Source of the DNA: Eremomyces bilateralis CBS 781.70
Taxonomy: Eukaryota
NCBI GenBank assembly: GCA_010015585.1
Contig: ML975171.1
Length of the DNA: 64,000 nucleotides
Strand: one strand, 5' to 3'
The notes below the pieces were generated by a model. That model had not been told where the DNA came from. It saw only the letters and a program-made list of their open reading frames with translations, and did no database searches. Both the position numbers and the translations under genes were made by a program. Below are positions 35,474 to 49,293 of this stretch, piece by piece (position 1 is the first letter of the stretch; every line of letters begins with the position of its first letter).

Positions 35474-36024
35474 ATCGTTGCATCTTTTCCTGCAGCGACC
35501 TTTCTGGGACGAAGGCTGCACCATCCCCTGACACCCCGCAGGCGGTCGCGGCCGGCCTGGATGGCGCTGGTTTTCGCTGGGTAGAACCCTCTCCGCAAGC
35601 ACTCTAGAGTTGAGGACCAGGGATGCCAATCCTCCTTTTCCAGTGGGTTAGTCACCCAACGATAGGTTGAACTGTTGGAAGGACACCTACAGGCAGACGG
35701 GAGAGCTTTTCCTCAGTCTTGGGACGCACGCCGGAGATTGGACGGTATTGCGGGTTCATTTCGACGATCTGCGTGTAGACGTCCACGATGTCGACTCCGT
35801 TCGATGTGATATTCGGACCATCCGCCCGGATCTGCCCCGTCCAGGTCAAGTAGCCAGAAACCGTGTAGTCGGAATCGCCGAGCTGGACGTCGGGCTCGTC
35901 GTCAATATCTGGGTATCTGCGCATGTCCACTGCGCGAGACTCCTCAAAGAAGTTGGCCGCAGTGAAGGCTAGGTTTTACAAGGCATATAAAGGAGAGAAA
36001 GGCGAACCGGAAGAACCAGTTCAT
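35474..36024 (-). pseudogene. Frameshifted gene for a small secreted Cys-containing protein
   Basis: The signal peptide MNWFFRFAFLSFICLV needs a 1-nt shift to continue into NLAFTAANFFEE...LTWTGQIRADGPNITSNGVDIVDVYTQIVEMNPQY. An intact intron at 35635-35690 (GTAGGT, ACTAAC, AAG) precedes ECLRRGFYPAKTSAIQAGRDRLRGVRGWC, and CND follows in another frame. Confidence 0.55.
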
Positions 36025-38805
36025 GATGGTTGGCGTTCTTCGAAATACTGGGACTGCAATATGCAACGTTGGATCACCATGTTCAGAGCACCTCAAGACG
36101 GGGTTGCTCAAGCTGTACGCGGTGAGAAGTGAAGGGAAATGTGAAGAATATGGAACGAAGAAGGAGAGGTAAAACATGGCGGATATTTAAATATTTTAAT
36201 CAAGGCCGATCAGAGAAATGATGATGATATTGCCAACGAGGACGAAGTACTGAAGTTTACATTCAGCATCATTGAGTTAACTGGGTATGAGGCGGTGAGA
36301 GGCAAACGTAGACTCTGATGACGATGCTTGTGACAACAGACACGCTGATGCAGTGACGATGAACGAACTGGCGGTATGGTTAGTTAATACTGGTAGATCG
36401 ACCACAGAAGGAAGATATTAAACTCTTGTAGGCAAACGAAATTCACACGCAAGAGGATCGAGGCTCATATGAGCATGGCATGCACTGCAGCTGGTGGAAA
36501 TGCTCTGCAATGGATTTATAATATCCCTATCCAGTACGGAGTACACGATTCTGTACTAAATCATGAAATATTCCTGCAGCCTTCCTGGTTAACGAGCTTC
36601 CATCGTCTAACTTTACCAGTGATATATATCGTGCACTCACTGGAGAGGCTGTAGGCCAGACGTTCTATCTCACTCAGCAGGTATCTCGAGCGACAAGAAC
36701 ACGGAGTGGCTAGGGGGGGATATAAATGGCACGATAGTACGGATTCATGGCAAAAACTTGGCGATGAATATCTTGAAAAGCCACGTCCCATGACGGTGAC
36801 GTTGAGTCCCTTCTCGCAGATCTGGCTAACCCAAGTATTATATCCCTTTAGTGTAATTGGTTCCGTAGACTATACCTGACGTTGCGGCAATATTCGAAAT
36901 AACATCCCCTTGATGGCCAACAGGGATTACAGTGCTTAAACTTTTTGGTGATTTTGGATACTCCTCCGAGATATCTAAGTTCCTCGTGAGACCATGTGAT
37001 ATCATATTAAAACTAAGTGGTCAAAGGAGAGTAAGAGGGTCACGCAACAAGCAGTTCATCTTTGCTATTGACTGCAAGACACTTGAGAATTTAAACTTTC
37101 GGTATGAACATGACCAAGGTTGTAGAGCAAGGAGATATGAAGTGTCGAAAGTCCTTGAAGGGTGCTAACTCAGGAGATACTCTAATGGTGGACGGAAGGA
37201 TAGATTGAATGTAGGACATTAAAATGAAAGATACTGAAATGCTGTAGGGACTGGCTTAGATCACTAATTTAAGGAAAAGGAACCCAAGTCGCATCTGTGA
37301 AGCATTCGGAGGACACGTCTGAGCAATGAAACAAATATGACTTTCCAGGTGGATGACTATGCATGAGAGTCTGGATATGCGCCATACTGTGACGGATACC
37401 GATGCCACATATGCCATTCACCACCTTCAGATTATCTTGGGCATACTGGCTACTCGACTCAGGAAGACAGGGAGTTGTATTCGACATAAAGCACCCTAAC
37501 GAGGAGATATAGAAACCAGGCTACTAGCCTCGGGATAGAACACAACATGAAGACAACCGATCGAGGCAAGAGTGGGAAAACTGGAAGGACAATGCTGACG
37601 CAAGTCCTGGAGAGAGGTAGCTAACCAAGCATATCACAGGTCTACGTCAAGGAGGCATGTTGAGGTGTGGATGCTTCACTGAAGTGCGACATTCCAATTA
37701 AGAGCAAGATGAATCTATTCCATGAAGGACTGGCAAAAAGGCCGTGTAGTAGCTAACTATCAGGTACATCAGTTAGCCTTCGGCTGTAGACAATTGTCAT
37801 TATCAGATGTCACCAATGCCCAAGAGCAATGTTCCTATCAGATATAGCCTATTTCTCCTCAACAGCAACCAGCGTCTTCCCGAGGGAAGATAAATATTGC
37901 GGCTGCTTCTGGATTACCAGAGATTGATTTCCTCCCGCAGGTAGTGGGATTGAGATGAAAGTTCAGGACTTACATCGAATAGCCCAAACTATATCAGACA
38001 ATATGATCCACGCCGGATCCATTACACGATTCGACATTCAGTGAACCTCCAAGGGCTCTCTCACACACACAGGGTGCAGAAACATAGGATATGTCCCTTC
38101 TTTCAGGTCGTCACCAGGTCATGGAAGCCGCACAATGGGACCCTCGTGACAACGGTTTTAGAAGAGGGATGAGCGTATTCTCGACACACATACGGAGTTA
38201 CCGACCAAACCAAGTTCAGATGAACTATCAGCCGGCAAATAATATGAAATGTGGTCTTGTTGTGAAGAGAAAGAAAAGTTTGAGGTTTTGTTGTTTTAAA
38301 GCAGAATCCTGGTCGGGCCGGCAGATTGTCGGTTAATAAACGCTCAGACCAAGTGATCAGGCCTCCAGGCGTGAGGCGAGGCTGAGGCACTAATTCAGGC
38401 ATTAAGGCCATAATGGACTCCGGTGGCTCCTGCTTCTTGTGCGAGAGATCACTTTCCTTGTCACATTCGAAGCTGGTCGATACTGTACGATCTGCATACG
38501 ACAAGCTTTCAACAACGCAACGAACCACCAACATTCCCCCAACCATATCGAAATCTCTTCTTTCTTCACGTATCCAATTCCTCCCTTATATGGCTTCCTG
38601 CCCCGTGAAGTACAGCGTAAACCACCAATCTCCCGAACTGCAACCAACCGCCGCGTTTTCTTCGCCGCCATTTCGTGACATCAACTCCTCTCCCACCGCG
38701 ACCCCTCGATCAATTGTCATACGGCCATCTCTCGAATCTCTATCCCATCAACTTGGACGCTCGCTTGGAGTGGTCCTCGAGCCTTGTAATCGCAGTCACT
38801 AGTCA

Positions 38806-39992
38806 ATGGATAAGGAAAGAGACAACTTATGGACTCGCCGCTCGAAGTAAGGGCCCTCGCCGATGGGAAAATGCGCAATCACGACTAACCATCTCGTTTG
38901 TTTCGCAGTTCCAGCAAGCTCTCGCTGAGCACTTCCCACACCGCTGGCCATGATAAGAATGACCCCTTCTCCCGACCCTACAACAAACGATACGACTCCC
39001 ATGGCCGCTCAAATCCCTTCAACGCCGTCTCTCCTCTCCCCACGAGCTCTATTGCCACTCCAACATCTGCCTCCAACGCATTTGGTTTAGGGTCGGGAGC
39101 ATTCGCATCCTTTGGGTCGGCCGCGAAGACACCAAAGACACCCGGAACCGCTTTCGACTTCGAGAAAGCGGCAGCATCCGGGGACATGGCCACGGCGCCT
39201 GGGGAGAAGAAAGAATCGAGATCCACCTCGAAGCCACCTGGAATGCCCGCAAAACCATCCCGCCCGAGCTCTATCCCTGAAGGAAAAGCCGTTACGTCTA
39301 GTGGAGTGCGAGACCCTTCGGTGCCGTGGCCGTTACGGTATACATGGGTAATCTGGTACCGACCCCCCACATCCAAGAACTCCGACTACGAGAAGTCGAT
39401 AAAGCCCGTCTGCAAAATATCTACCGCGCAAGATTTCTGGAAAGTTTACACACACCTCAAACGGCCGTCGGAACTTCCAACGGTGTCGGACTACCATTTC
39501 TTCAAGGAAGGGATCCGACCGGTCTGGGAAGACGAAGAGAACAAGAAAGGCGGCAAGTGGATTCTTCGTTTGAAGAAGGGAGTTGCGGATCGATACTGGG
39601 AGGATCTTCTGCTTGCTATAATTGGGAACCAGTTCGCTGAAGCTGGGGAAGAGGTGTGTGGAGCGGTCCTGAGCGTCCGGAGTGGCGAGGATGTTTTCAG
39701 TATCTGGACGAAGAACGATGGTGGCAGAAATGTCAAGATTCGGTAACTTGCCCCGTACACCTGAAATTGTTTGTACACACGCTGATGGATGCATAGGGAA
39801 ACTGTGAAAAGATGCCTTGGGCTTCCGGCAGATACTATCATCATCTGGAAGAGTCACGATGATAGCATTGCACAGCGAAGTGCGATTGATCAAGCACGAC
39901 ATGAGAAATCCAGCCACCACCACGAGAAACGGCGCCCGACCTTGACAAGTGAGGAGAGCACTCCGGCGAAAGACCGTTCGAGTGGTTCATGA
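38806..39992 (+). CDS. Translation initiation factor eIF4E-family protein, class II (4EHP-like); exons 38806-38846, 38909-39742, 39797-39992
   Basis: PLRYTWVIWYR, QDFWKVYTHL, DYHFFKEGIRPVWEDEENKKGGKW, EEVCGAVLSVR and WKSHDDS, with a long N-terminal extension. Confidence 0.9.
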
Positions 39993-40962
39993 ACGAATTT
40001 CACCGTTTTAATTTTCACTCTTGGACTGCATTGCGACGGTATTTGGTTCACGAGCGCCTTCTGTTGCTGGGGAAAATCTTGCTTTGCTTATTGTATTCCT
40101 GGATGCCATCACTCTTGGTTGGATGAACGACTATTGTCGAACGACGATCATGGTTTCCGTCAGGAGCGCTAGGGGTGGTATTGTTTCGGACTTTGCTACC
40201 GGCAGCAATGGCTGTATTGTACATTATACATAGTGAATTCGGCTCGAGGGACGGCATGAAAAGCTACTTCCACGTTTACCAACCTAGTCCTCCAGCGAAT
40301 CTTTGCGGAATGGAAGCTTTTTGGCTGTCTCGCTGTAACAATCTGTAGCAATACACAGGCTCCTTAGCTGGGACCGAGAGGTAATGGTAGTCCAAGATAG
40401 TGAATCTAGAAAACGTAGGTATAGATTCCTTTGATATTGATGCGACGCTTGTTTGTCAGACTTTTAACAATAGCACTCTGCTTGCAGACGGACTTATTAC
40501 GGAGTATTCAAACTGCGTGGGGAAGAGATCAGCGAACAGTGCAAGGATCAGCGCGCCATTCAACTTTCGAACTTCATGATCATATCGATCTCACCTCACA
40601 CGCCTTATATTTATATGACTTCTTGTCCTAGAACATACAGCAATTTCGCACCCTCCTGTCGCCTTCTACATGACCGCCAATGCCTTACCTAACTTCGATC
40701 CCGGGAATCTTGGGAGAAGAACCTGTTGTATAGGTTCGGTGGGTCTGGAACCTGTAGACCTCGATAATGAGGTCGATGGTCTCTGACCTCCTCTCTCCTC
40801 CCAACTCGGACGTTCGCATAGCCCAGATTAGCTCCGGAGAGCTTGTAGACAATCCTATCGAGAGCCATTCCCAGCCATCAACAGAAGCTGTGCCGTCTAC
40901 AGTGACCAACCGAAAGCAAACGGCCTCGAATTCGTCCTCCGCCCCGCGTCACCCGACGGGAC

Positions 40963-43900
40963 ATGAAGTGGATGACTTGAGACAAAAGGAATGGTCTCTA
41001 ATGGTGAATAAATAGCCAATCACTAACATAAGCGAAGGAGGGGTGAAGCTTACATCCCGTAGGAGAATCGACAACGTCGGCGACAAGCGAAGTACGACGA
41101 GCGGCGACTCACGGGGGATTACACGTATGCGCGCCTCAAGATACGCCTTGGGGTACAGGTCTGACACTCTGGACTACAGAACTCCAGTTGGTGCTATTCC
41201 ACTCGGAACCCCGAATCCAACGGCACGGAAACCCAAACCTGGTCAGGTAACTCACCTTCCAATCCACCCAAACGCGCCACATGTTGATTGCTCTAGAACT
41301 ACGCTCTAAATCCCTCTGTGGACACCTTCGTGCCAACCTCCCACCATATCAAACATCCAACTAGTAACCAGAGAATCTCGGGTCCCAGTTCGCGGACTCC
41401 GACCCGAACAAATCGGCCCAACATCGCGAGGACCAGAGTATCGCCGAAACCAGATCATGAACCTCCCCATAAAAGAGCAAGGCATACATTCGAGACCATG
41501 CCCAAGAAAAGCAACGTCATCGACTTTACCAACGACGATGACGACGACCGACACGCTATGTCCAGTCCCCTTCCATCGAGAGCGCCGCCGAATCCTAACA
41601 GACGGGAATCGAATGGGGTGCTGGATAGCTTTGGATCCAACCAGGAATTTACATCTGTAAATGGGATCCTCCAGGTGGGTCTAGACTATCGTGAAGCGTC
41701 AAAAGAGCAAAATCAACAGATGAAGTTGCAACGCCTCAAAGGATCCAAATCAAACTCCCAGGGATCTCTGCGCTCATCCCAATTGGCGGATACCAGGAAT
41801 GGACATAAAATTGATGGTCCTCCGCAAAAGTTTGACCATGGCTTGCGCGGCTTCGGTTTCAATGTTCCGCCCCTGCCGCCCAACACACGGCGATGGAGCA
41901 AGTCCACAGCTAGCCCTCCATCCCGGGGAGGTGAGCCAGGAAGTAGAAGAACCGACCGAATTGACACGTTCGGAAGGGATCATAGAACATCGAATACTCC
42001 GGTAGCCGGTGAAGAGCCACGGAGAACACCCAAGGCCAAGCTCAAGGATGGAATGCGCAGTCACTCCGAGCTAGGCGTGGAGCAGCCAAGCGATTCCGAC
42101 GAACTCTGTGGTTCCGCAACGGTGTCAGACGTAGGAGACTCGAAGGGCCACAAACGGAGCCTGGTGACCGGGAGCACGCCCCTTGCCCAACGTGGTCAGA
42201 GCATCAAGACGAATGACGAATCTGATATTCCACAGTCAACGTTCACCTCCAAAGGGAAGCCTGGGGAAAGGGAGTCCGAATTGAAAGAGCGCATTGGCGG
42301 CAAAATCAGGAACCGGAACTCGCCCAGACATGCTGGCAGGAAACCCGAGTACTACTCATTAGTCTATTTTCGGTATGGTGCAAAATCTTGGGGAGATCTC
42401 GATGGCCTGCGTCTCTTCCGTAAGAATGAATATTCTCCTTCGTACTATATCGGATGCAAACGAAACGGCACGTGGGAACCATTGGTGGACCCTTATTCCA
42501 AAACCGACTTCTTGAAGGTAGAGGTCAAGCGGTTCCACAAGGCTTATACTGGCGAGGACCCCTCAAGCGACTTACGGTTGGCTGGATCACTTGATAACCG
42601 AACCCGACAGCGGCTTCAGTTCGATATTACATTCGGTGGGCGCAGAGAGCTGGAGAGATTCTTGGTCGCCACGAAGCTCGAAGAAGGTCGAAAAGTGGCA
42701 AAGAAATCACCGTAAGTTTACATCATCACCAATATTAAGACTCTGTTCCTAAATAGATCTCGTAGGGATGTCATGCGAAAGATGTTCAATCACGAACCGG
42801 CGGAAGAACATATCAGCCGAGACAATATCGATGAATTGGAAGCGAAAGAAGCACGTCGTTCACCCTCTCCGGATTCTGAGCGAGGGCAACTTGGCGGACG
42901 CGGGGCACACGAGGAAGAAATCGCTGGACAAGGGAACAGGAAGCTCGCCCATTCATTGAGGAGCAGGCCACGCGAGTCTACGGAGTATTCTCGATACTTT
43001 GGTTCCCGGAGAAAATTGACGCCTGATGACATGCCCGACGAGCCCCTTGTAAACGATACTCCTGTGCGACGGAGTACCCGCCGAGCGCCTGCGATACGGT
43101 ACGAAATTGACGAACCCCCTGCTAAGGTAGCCCCTGGATGGTGGGAGGTTCACGGCCCTCCGAAATGGAGCTCTCCTGTTGTATATCCGGAAACGGGGAA
43201 GCGGCGTGCCCAAGTTGCGATTGAAGACTTGCAGCGCTTGGATCCCGAGGAGTTCCTCAACGACAGTCTGATTGACTTCTACATGCTGTACCTCCGCCTT
43301 CAGAGCGAAGAGAAGGGATTGCGCGAGCAGTCAATCTATGTCTTCAACGCCTTGTTCTACACCGCCCTGACCAAAGTGTCTCCAGGACAGAGGGGGGTCA
43401 ATTATTCAGCCGTGCAACGTTGGACGGCGAAAGAGAACCTGTTCAATTACGAGTACGTGGTCATTCCGATCAACGAAAATTCGCATTGGTACCTTGCGAT
43501 CATTTACAATTTGCCTGCGCTGTTGAAGCAGGCCAGCCCGGAACGGGAGGAACCGGCAGTTCCCATTGTGGATGAAGAGGCACTTGGTAAACGAGGACTG
43601 AGCACACGAGTCGCGGTCACTCAACCTCCTACTCTCCATAGAGTTGACTATGTGGATGGTCCAGCTGCGAGTATTGGCAACACCCAGGAAGAGGACTCGT
43701 CATATCCTGTGGAACGGGACCAGCCAGGGAGAGAAGAGTCATCGCAGCCGACCACTAAAGTTACCGAGTCTCAAGAGCAAGAGCGACAGCAATCCGGTCC
43801 GACGCAACGATCACCAGCCTCGGCTCGGAAATCCAAGAAGAAAGGTCCTCAACCGCGGAAAATGAATCCAGACCACGCGTACATCATACTTCTCGACTCG

Positions 43901-45067
43901 ATGGGGGTGACTTCGCGACCGAAAACCACGAGGAACATCAAAGATTACCTTCATCACGAAGCAGATGCGAAGCTCGGCATTGATCTCGATGACCAGCGTC
44001 TACAAGGTATCAATGCCAAACAGCTTCCGCGACAAGACAACTGGTACGATTGCGGCGCCTTTCTCCTGTTCTACTTTAGCCTCTTTATGAAAGAGCCGCG
44101 TGCATATGTCACCAAAATCATCACCAACGAAACGGATCTACCTAAGTGGTGGTTCAAGATCGATGCGGATCAGATGCGGAACACCATCCGGGATATTGTC
44201 CTGGAAATTGGGGATTTGCAAGAGGCTCGCCGGAAAGAGGTGAAACTGTTGAAGAAAGCCGGGAAAATGTGTTCGCTCAACCAGGATGGAGAGAAAGGTT
44301 GCCATGCGGACCAACCTTCCAGTCCCAAGAATCCCCTCCAAGGAGGAGGGGCCACGGATAGGAGTTCACCCCCGAAGGAGCCGCCTCCCCCGTTAGAGCC
44401 AGCGCATCATAGTTGTCAGCATCCAAACGAGATACCTACCGCTCATTCAAACAGCGCGCATGATACCCAAAATCTGTCGCTAGATCACGGTCCCCCAATC
44501 GAAAAGCACTCTCCTCCTCTCCACCATGCCGCGGACCAGGAATCTCCCGATAAATCGTTTGTCCCCGAGACCTCACCAGAGGAATTAGAGCATGACGACC
44601 ATCCGGATTTGACCATGCAGCCTCAAATCCCGCGTCTTCCATCTCTCGTGGCTGCAACCTCACCGTCAGCGGGCGTGCATGATCTCTCAACCGGCGAGAA
44701 TGGCGTACCGGTACGGATCCACGACAGCAGCGAACCCAGGATTCGGAACACGGGGTCTGTCAAGTTGGCGAATGACGCTGTGATCAAAGAGGCCTCGCCC
44801 CCACCATTGGCGTCTCCTGGGCTTGCAAATCTGATGGGGACAGATCCACAGGGGCCGGCATCCAATGAGAATCACGACACGGAAATGATGGACTGGTTGG
44901 GTATTGGCACTGAGCAGCAGTCCCAAGGTGCGCCTGGTCCGGCTGACGTGCTTGAGCCCATGTCCTTGGACGGTAAAGATGAGGATACTGAGATGGTGGA
45001 TCAGGACGAGAGTACTGTTGACTTGTTGCCGTATGATGGGTCTATTAATGGTGCTCCAGTAGTATGA
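40963..45067 (+). CDS. Ulp1-family (C48) SUMO protease, Ulp2-like; start codon uncertain
   Basis: EFLNDSLIDFY, catalytic His in ENSHWYLAII, Asp in LLDSMG, and Gln/Cys in QDNWYDCG. Introns lie at about 41246-41297 and 42712-42765. The first micro-exon at 40963 is tentative. Confidence 0.85.
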
Positions 45068-45212
45068 CGAGTAGCGAGTACCGCTAGTTATGTCCAAATG
45101 AAACAGACGGAGAAGTCAGTCGCTTGGATGCTCTGCATTCACAACTTCTCCAATATCACTAATTCAAATTGATACCCTTATGCTCATTGTGCTTTCATGA
45201 TCAATGATACGC

Positions 45213-47323
45213 TCAAGCCGCTCGCCCAAATCTCCTTTCAACGTCCTCTATATCCCTGCTTGTCCCAGCATCTTTCAGCATCTCGACTCTCGACCGGATA
45301 TCCCGCACCAACGCTTTGGCATCCTCCACGTCGACCCCATCCTGACAAAGTTCGTTCGCATACTCCATCGCCTGCTGATATGACCCCCGGTCAAACTCAT
45401 ACCTCGACAACCATTTCCGCGCCTTGCTGGTCGTCTCGGTCACGCCCACACCACCCATCCCAACCGTTTCCGCCCCCTCTCCACCTCCCCCGCCGCCCGG
45501 AGATTCCGGACCCTCCTCTTGCGCGAGACACATCTCCATATACGCCGCCGCCTCGGGAATGTCGCTGATCCGCTGATACAGCACCGCGATCTGGAACAGC
45601 ACCTCCGGGTCCAGCACCCCGCCGCCGAGTTTCCCCGCGCTGCCCTGGCTGTCGCCGACGGAGGCGAAGCTCGCGCCCGCGCCCTCGTAGTAGCTCCCGG
45701 CCACCAGCGCCCGCTTGTACGCGCGGATGGCGTTCTCATACTTCCCAGTGCGATGCAGACACGCGCCGATCGCGCCCCACATTTTGGGGTCAAACGGGCG
45801 CAAGGCGGCGGCGCGTTGGAAGTAGAAAATGGCGTAGGAATATTGCTCGAGGAACTCGTAGGTCTGGCCGAGGCCGTACCAGGCGCGGTAATCGCGGCGG
45901 TTGATCTCCACGGCGCGGCGGTAGGATTCGATGGCAGCGTGCGTGTTTTTCATCTCGACGTATTCGTGGCCCATGAGGGTCCAGGCGCCGGCGAAGGAGC
46001 GGTCGAGGGACAGAGCACGGCGGAAGTAGACGACGGACTTCTCGTGGGCGGAGAGCATGCTGTAGTAGTTGCCGACGATGCAGCAGGTCTCGGGGCGGAA
46101 TTTGTCGGTGGCGGTAGAGAGGTGGGCGAGGAAGGAGAGGAGGGGGCGGTTGGACATGACGTAGAGGATGTTGGAGAAAACGTCGAGGGAGTCGAGGCGG
46201 TGGGGGTGGGTGTGGAGGAGGGTGGTGAAGATTTGGGAGGCGGTCTCGAAGTCTTTGGAGTGGTAAAAGAGGAGGGCGCGCTGGGTTTTGAGGAAGGCTG
46301 AGGCAGGGAATAGGGAGGAGATTTGGGTGAGTTGTGCGTGGATGGTTTCGGCGGACTGGTAGAGCTCTTGGTTTGCGTAGACGTGGAAGATGAATGTCAT
46401 GATGTTCTGCGGTAGGTGTTCGAGGATAGCAGTGAGCTACGGATGCAGTGATTAGCTGAATTCGAGCAGTCTCCAACAAACACTTACCTGTTCCACTGTC
46501 CCCATTAGACTGGCCAACTCTTGCCATGCACCCCAGTTATAGGGATACAGGTGCACACTTTGGACGAGCCACTTCTTTGCAAGTTCCTCATTCTTTTGTC
46601 GGGCCAGTATGATGCCGTATAGGTATTCAAGCCAACCCCCACCGTCCCGACCCTTTTCATGCTGCTCAGTAAACCAGCTTTCCAAAGTGGACGAAAGCCC
46701 CGTCAGCTCCTTGTTGACAGTCATACCGCCGTCCTGAGGCCCCAGGATCATTTCGCTTTCTTCATCCTTTCGTTTCTCTCCTGAGAGGTACTTCGCGTAA
46801 AGCGCAAGGAACAGTGATCTTCTGCTCATACTCTTGAGTGGTGTCTGAATGGGAGGAACCGTAGGGGTATTAGTCTTGGCCTTGCCTTTCGGGTCCTGTT
46901 TCGCACGAGGCGCCTCTGGGCCTGTTGCGATCGGGACCTTAGGAAGTGTGTATGGGAGGAAGAGTGCCGCACAACGATCGAACTCTCGGCAATCGAAGAA
47001 CGACTTTGCTAGAAGATATTTATTCCGTTCCCGAGCCTCAAGTGTAGCGTCCCATTGAGGTGGAGTCTTAGGAGACTTTAGAGAGGTTGGCTGGACATCT
47101 GCCATCGAAGAATCAGGATCTGTCTCCGAGCCGTACTCGCTAGCTGGTAATGAACTTAGCAGTTCAGCCGCCCTGGACCTGATCAGTAATCCGTTGACAG
47201 GAAAGAAAAGGAGATACTCTACCATTTCGCTGACTGATAGAGACCTCGCTCCGAGCAAGATACTACAGCATCCTGAAGATGTGCTTGGAGCTGCGCCGCA
47301 TCCGCCTCTGATAAGCTGGCCAT
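45213..47323 (-). CDS. CDC23: Anaphase-promoting complex subunit 8 (Cdc23/Cut23); exons 47323-47223, 47172-46488, 46436-45213
   Basis: CSERGLYQSAKWAAELL, YLLAKSFFDCREFDR, DKFRPETCCIVGNYYS, WTLMGHEYVEMKNTHAAIESYRRA and TPR repeats. Confidence 0.95.
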
Positions 47324-47900
47324 AATAGATCAATTCTATTTAGGACAAGTCGGAAGTCCCCGTACTAGAGCACAAGAAGGCCAGTTTCCTATAAAATGGC
47401 TCTATGCAAATTTCGCTTTCCTTGCTCTTTCTATCTCATTGATCTCACGGGTGGACTGGTTGCACGTGGCTTCGTGTCAAGGTCGCGCTCAAGGACATAT
47501 GGTCACTTGTGAGGTTATGACGCGCTGAAACTACTCAGAAATTGAGCACATGATGATGTAAAGAAGTGTTTACTTGAGAATTTAGACCGAAAACGCGTCG
47601 TTGACGCAGAACATGTTTGGTAAACATTTATATGCCATTGTACTCGAGCTTGCACTTTCAGATGTCATATAGTGAGGCCATAAGGCAGCAACGAGGCCCC
47701 GCCTCATCAGCCACACATCAGCCACAAATCAAGGGTCTTTCCCATTGATACATGTGGCTTGGCATCTGGACTCCCGCCAGGCGGTCAATATTTCGACATC
47801 AGAAAAGCCATGGGAATTTGATACCTGCCATTGAACTTCCAAATTCGCTCAATTCCTATTAACCTCCTCTTAGAATCTGGTAGAGGCCCATTCTTCCAAG

Positions 47901-49018
47901 ATGCCGACCACAAGGACCGAATTCGAGACGGCATTCCAGCCCCTTGTGGAGGACATGCTGCAGCTATGTAGGGACAACAAGCTGCCCGACAATGCGCGCG
48001 CCTGGTATGAAAAGGTGCAGATCATACAACTCGTCCTCGACGAGTATCAATGCGTAATAATGAGCCCGTAGGCTAAAGTTATATCCAGAACCTTCTACAC
48101 AACACCATGGGCGGAAAATACAACCGCGGCATGTCCGTCATCGACACCTCCTCCATCCTCCTCAACAAGTCTATCACACCCGGTACACCGGAATACCTCC
48201 GAGCCGGCGCCCTCGGCTGGATGATCGAGCTCCTCCAAGCCTTCTTTCTCGTCTCCGACGACATCATGGACAGCAGCAAGACGCGCCGGGGTTCACCCTG
48301 TTGGTACCTCATGCCCACCGTCGGCATGATCGCCATCAATGATGCCTTCATGCTCGAGGGCACCATCTACATGCTGCTGAAGAAGCATTTCCGGCAGGAG
48401 AAGTGCTACACGGACCTGCTGGAGCTGTTCCACGAGGTCACCTTCCAGACGGAGCTCGGCCAGCAATGCGACCTGCTCACCGCGCCCGAGGACCACGTCG
48501 ACCTGGACAACTTCTCCCTGGACAAGTACTTCTTCATCGTGCGGTACAAGACGGCGTTCTACAGCTTCTACCTCCCTGTGGCGCTGGCGCTGCATTACTG
48601 CGGCGTCGCCACCGAGAAAAATCTGCAGCAGGCGAACGACATCCTCATCCCCATGGGGGAGTACTTCCAGGTGCAGGACGACTACCTCGACGCGTTCGCC
48701 GATCCGGAGGTGCTGGGGAAGATCGGCACCGACATCCAGGATAACAAGTGCTCGTGGCTGGTCAACCAGGCGCTGAAGCGCGCGACCCCCGAGCAACGGC
48801 AGGTGCTGGATCAGAACTACGGACGGAAAGACGCGGTCAAGGAGAAGGCGGTTAGGAAAATATACGCCGACCTGAAGCTCGAGGCGGTGTACCATGCGTA
48901 CGAAGAGGAGACGGTGTCGATGCTCCGGAAGCGGATCGCGGACGTGGACGAGAGCGAGGGGCTGAAGAAGGAGGTGTTCGAGGCCTTCCTGGGGAAGATT
49001 TACAAGCGGACCAAGTAG
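47901..49018 (+). CDS. ERG20: Farnesyl pyrophosphate synthase (exons 47901-48014, 48089-49018)
   Basis: [53 protein letters not shown] and C-terminal KIYKRTK. Confidence 0.97.
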
Positions 49019-49293
49019 GGTCCTCTGGTATGAGGTACGCTATATTTATCCTTGTTGCATGGCTATAGACCTTTGCAACAAAACACTATCCGGTAGATTA
49101 CCCTAAGGGGACAAAAGGTTCTAGCACCTGAAATACATCCTTAGTCGTCATCGCGACATCCTCTCATTGTGCTCTCCCACACTGTAGGTGCATGTACATA
49201 ACAAGTGGTATCCCTTCCAAAATGTAGCATCAATCATCGCTGACCGACAAAACCAATCATCAAATCAGCACCGTACGCCAATTCCATCTTCGT

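Noticed and set aside
42751..42765. Two in-frame acceptors 9 nt apart in the SUMO protease intron
   Set aside because: They would differ by only 3 aa in a disordered region, which is probably noise.
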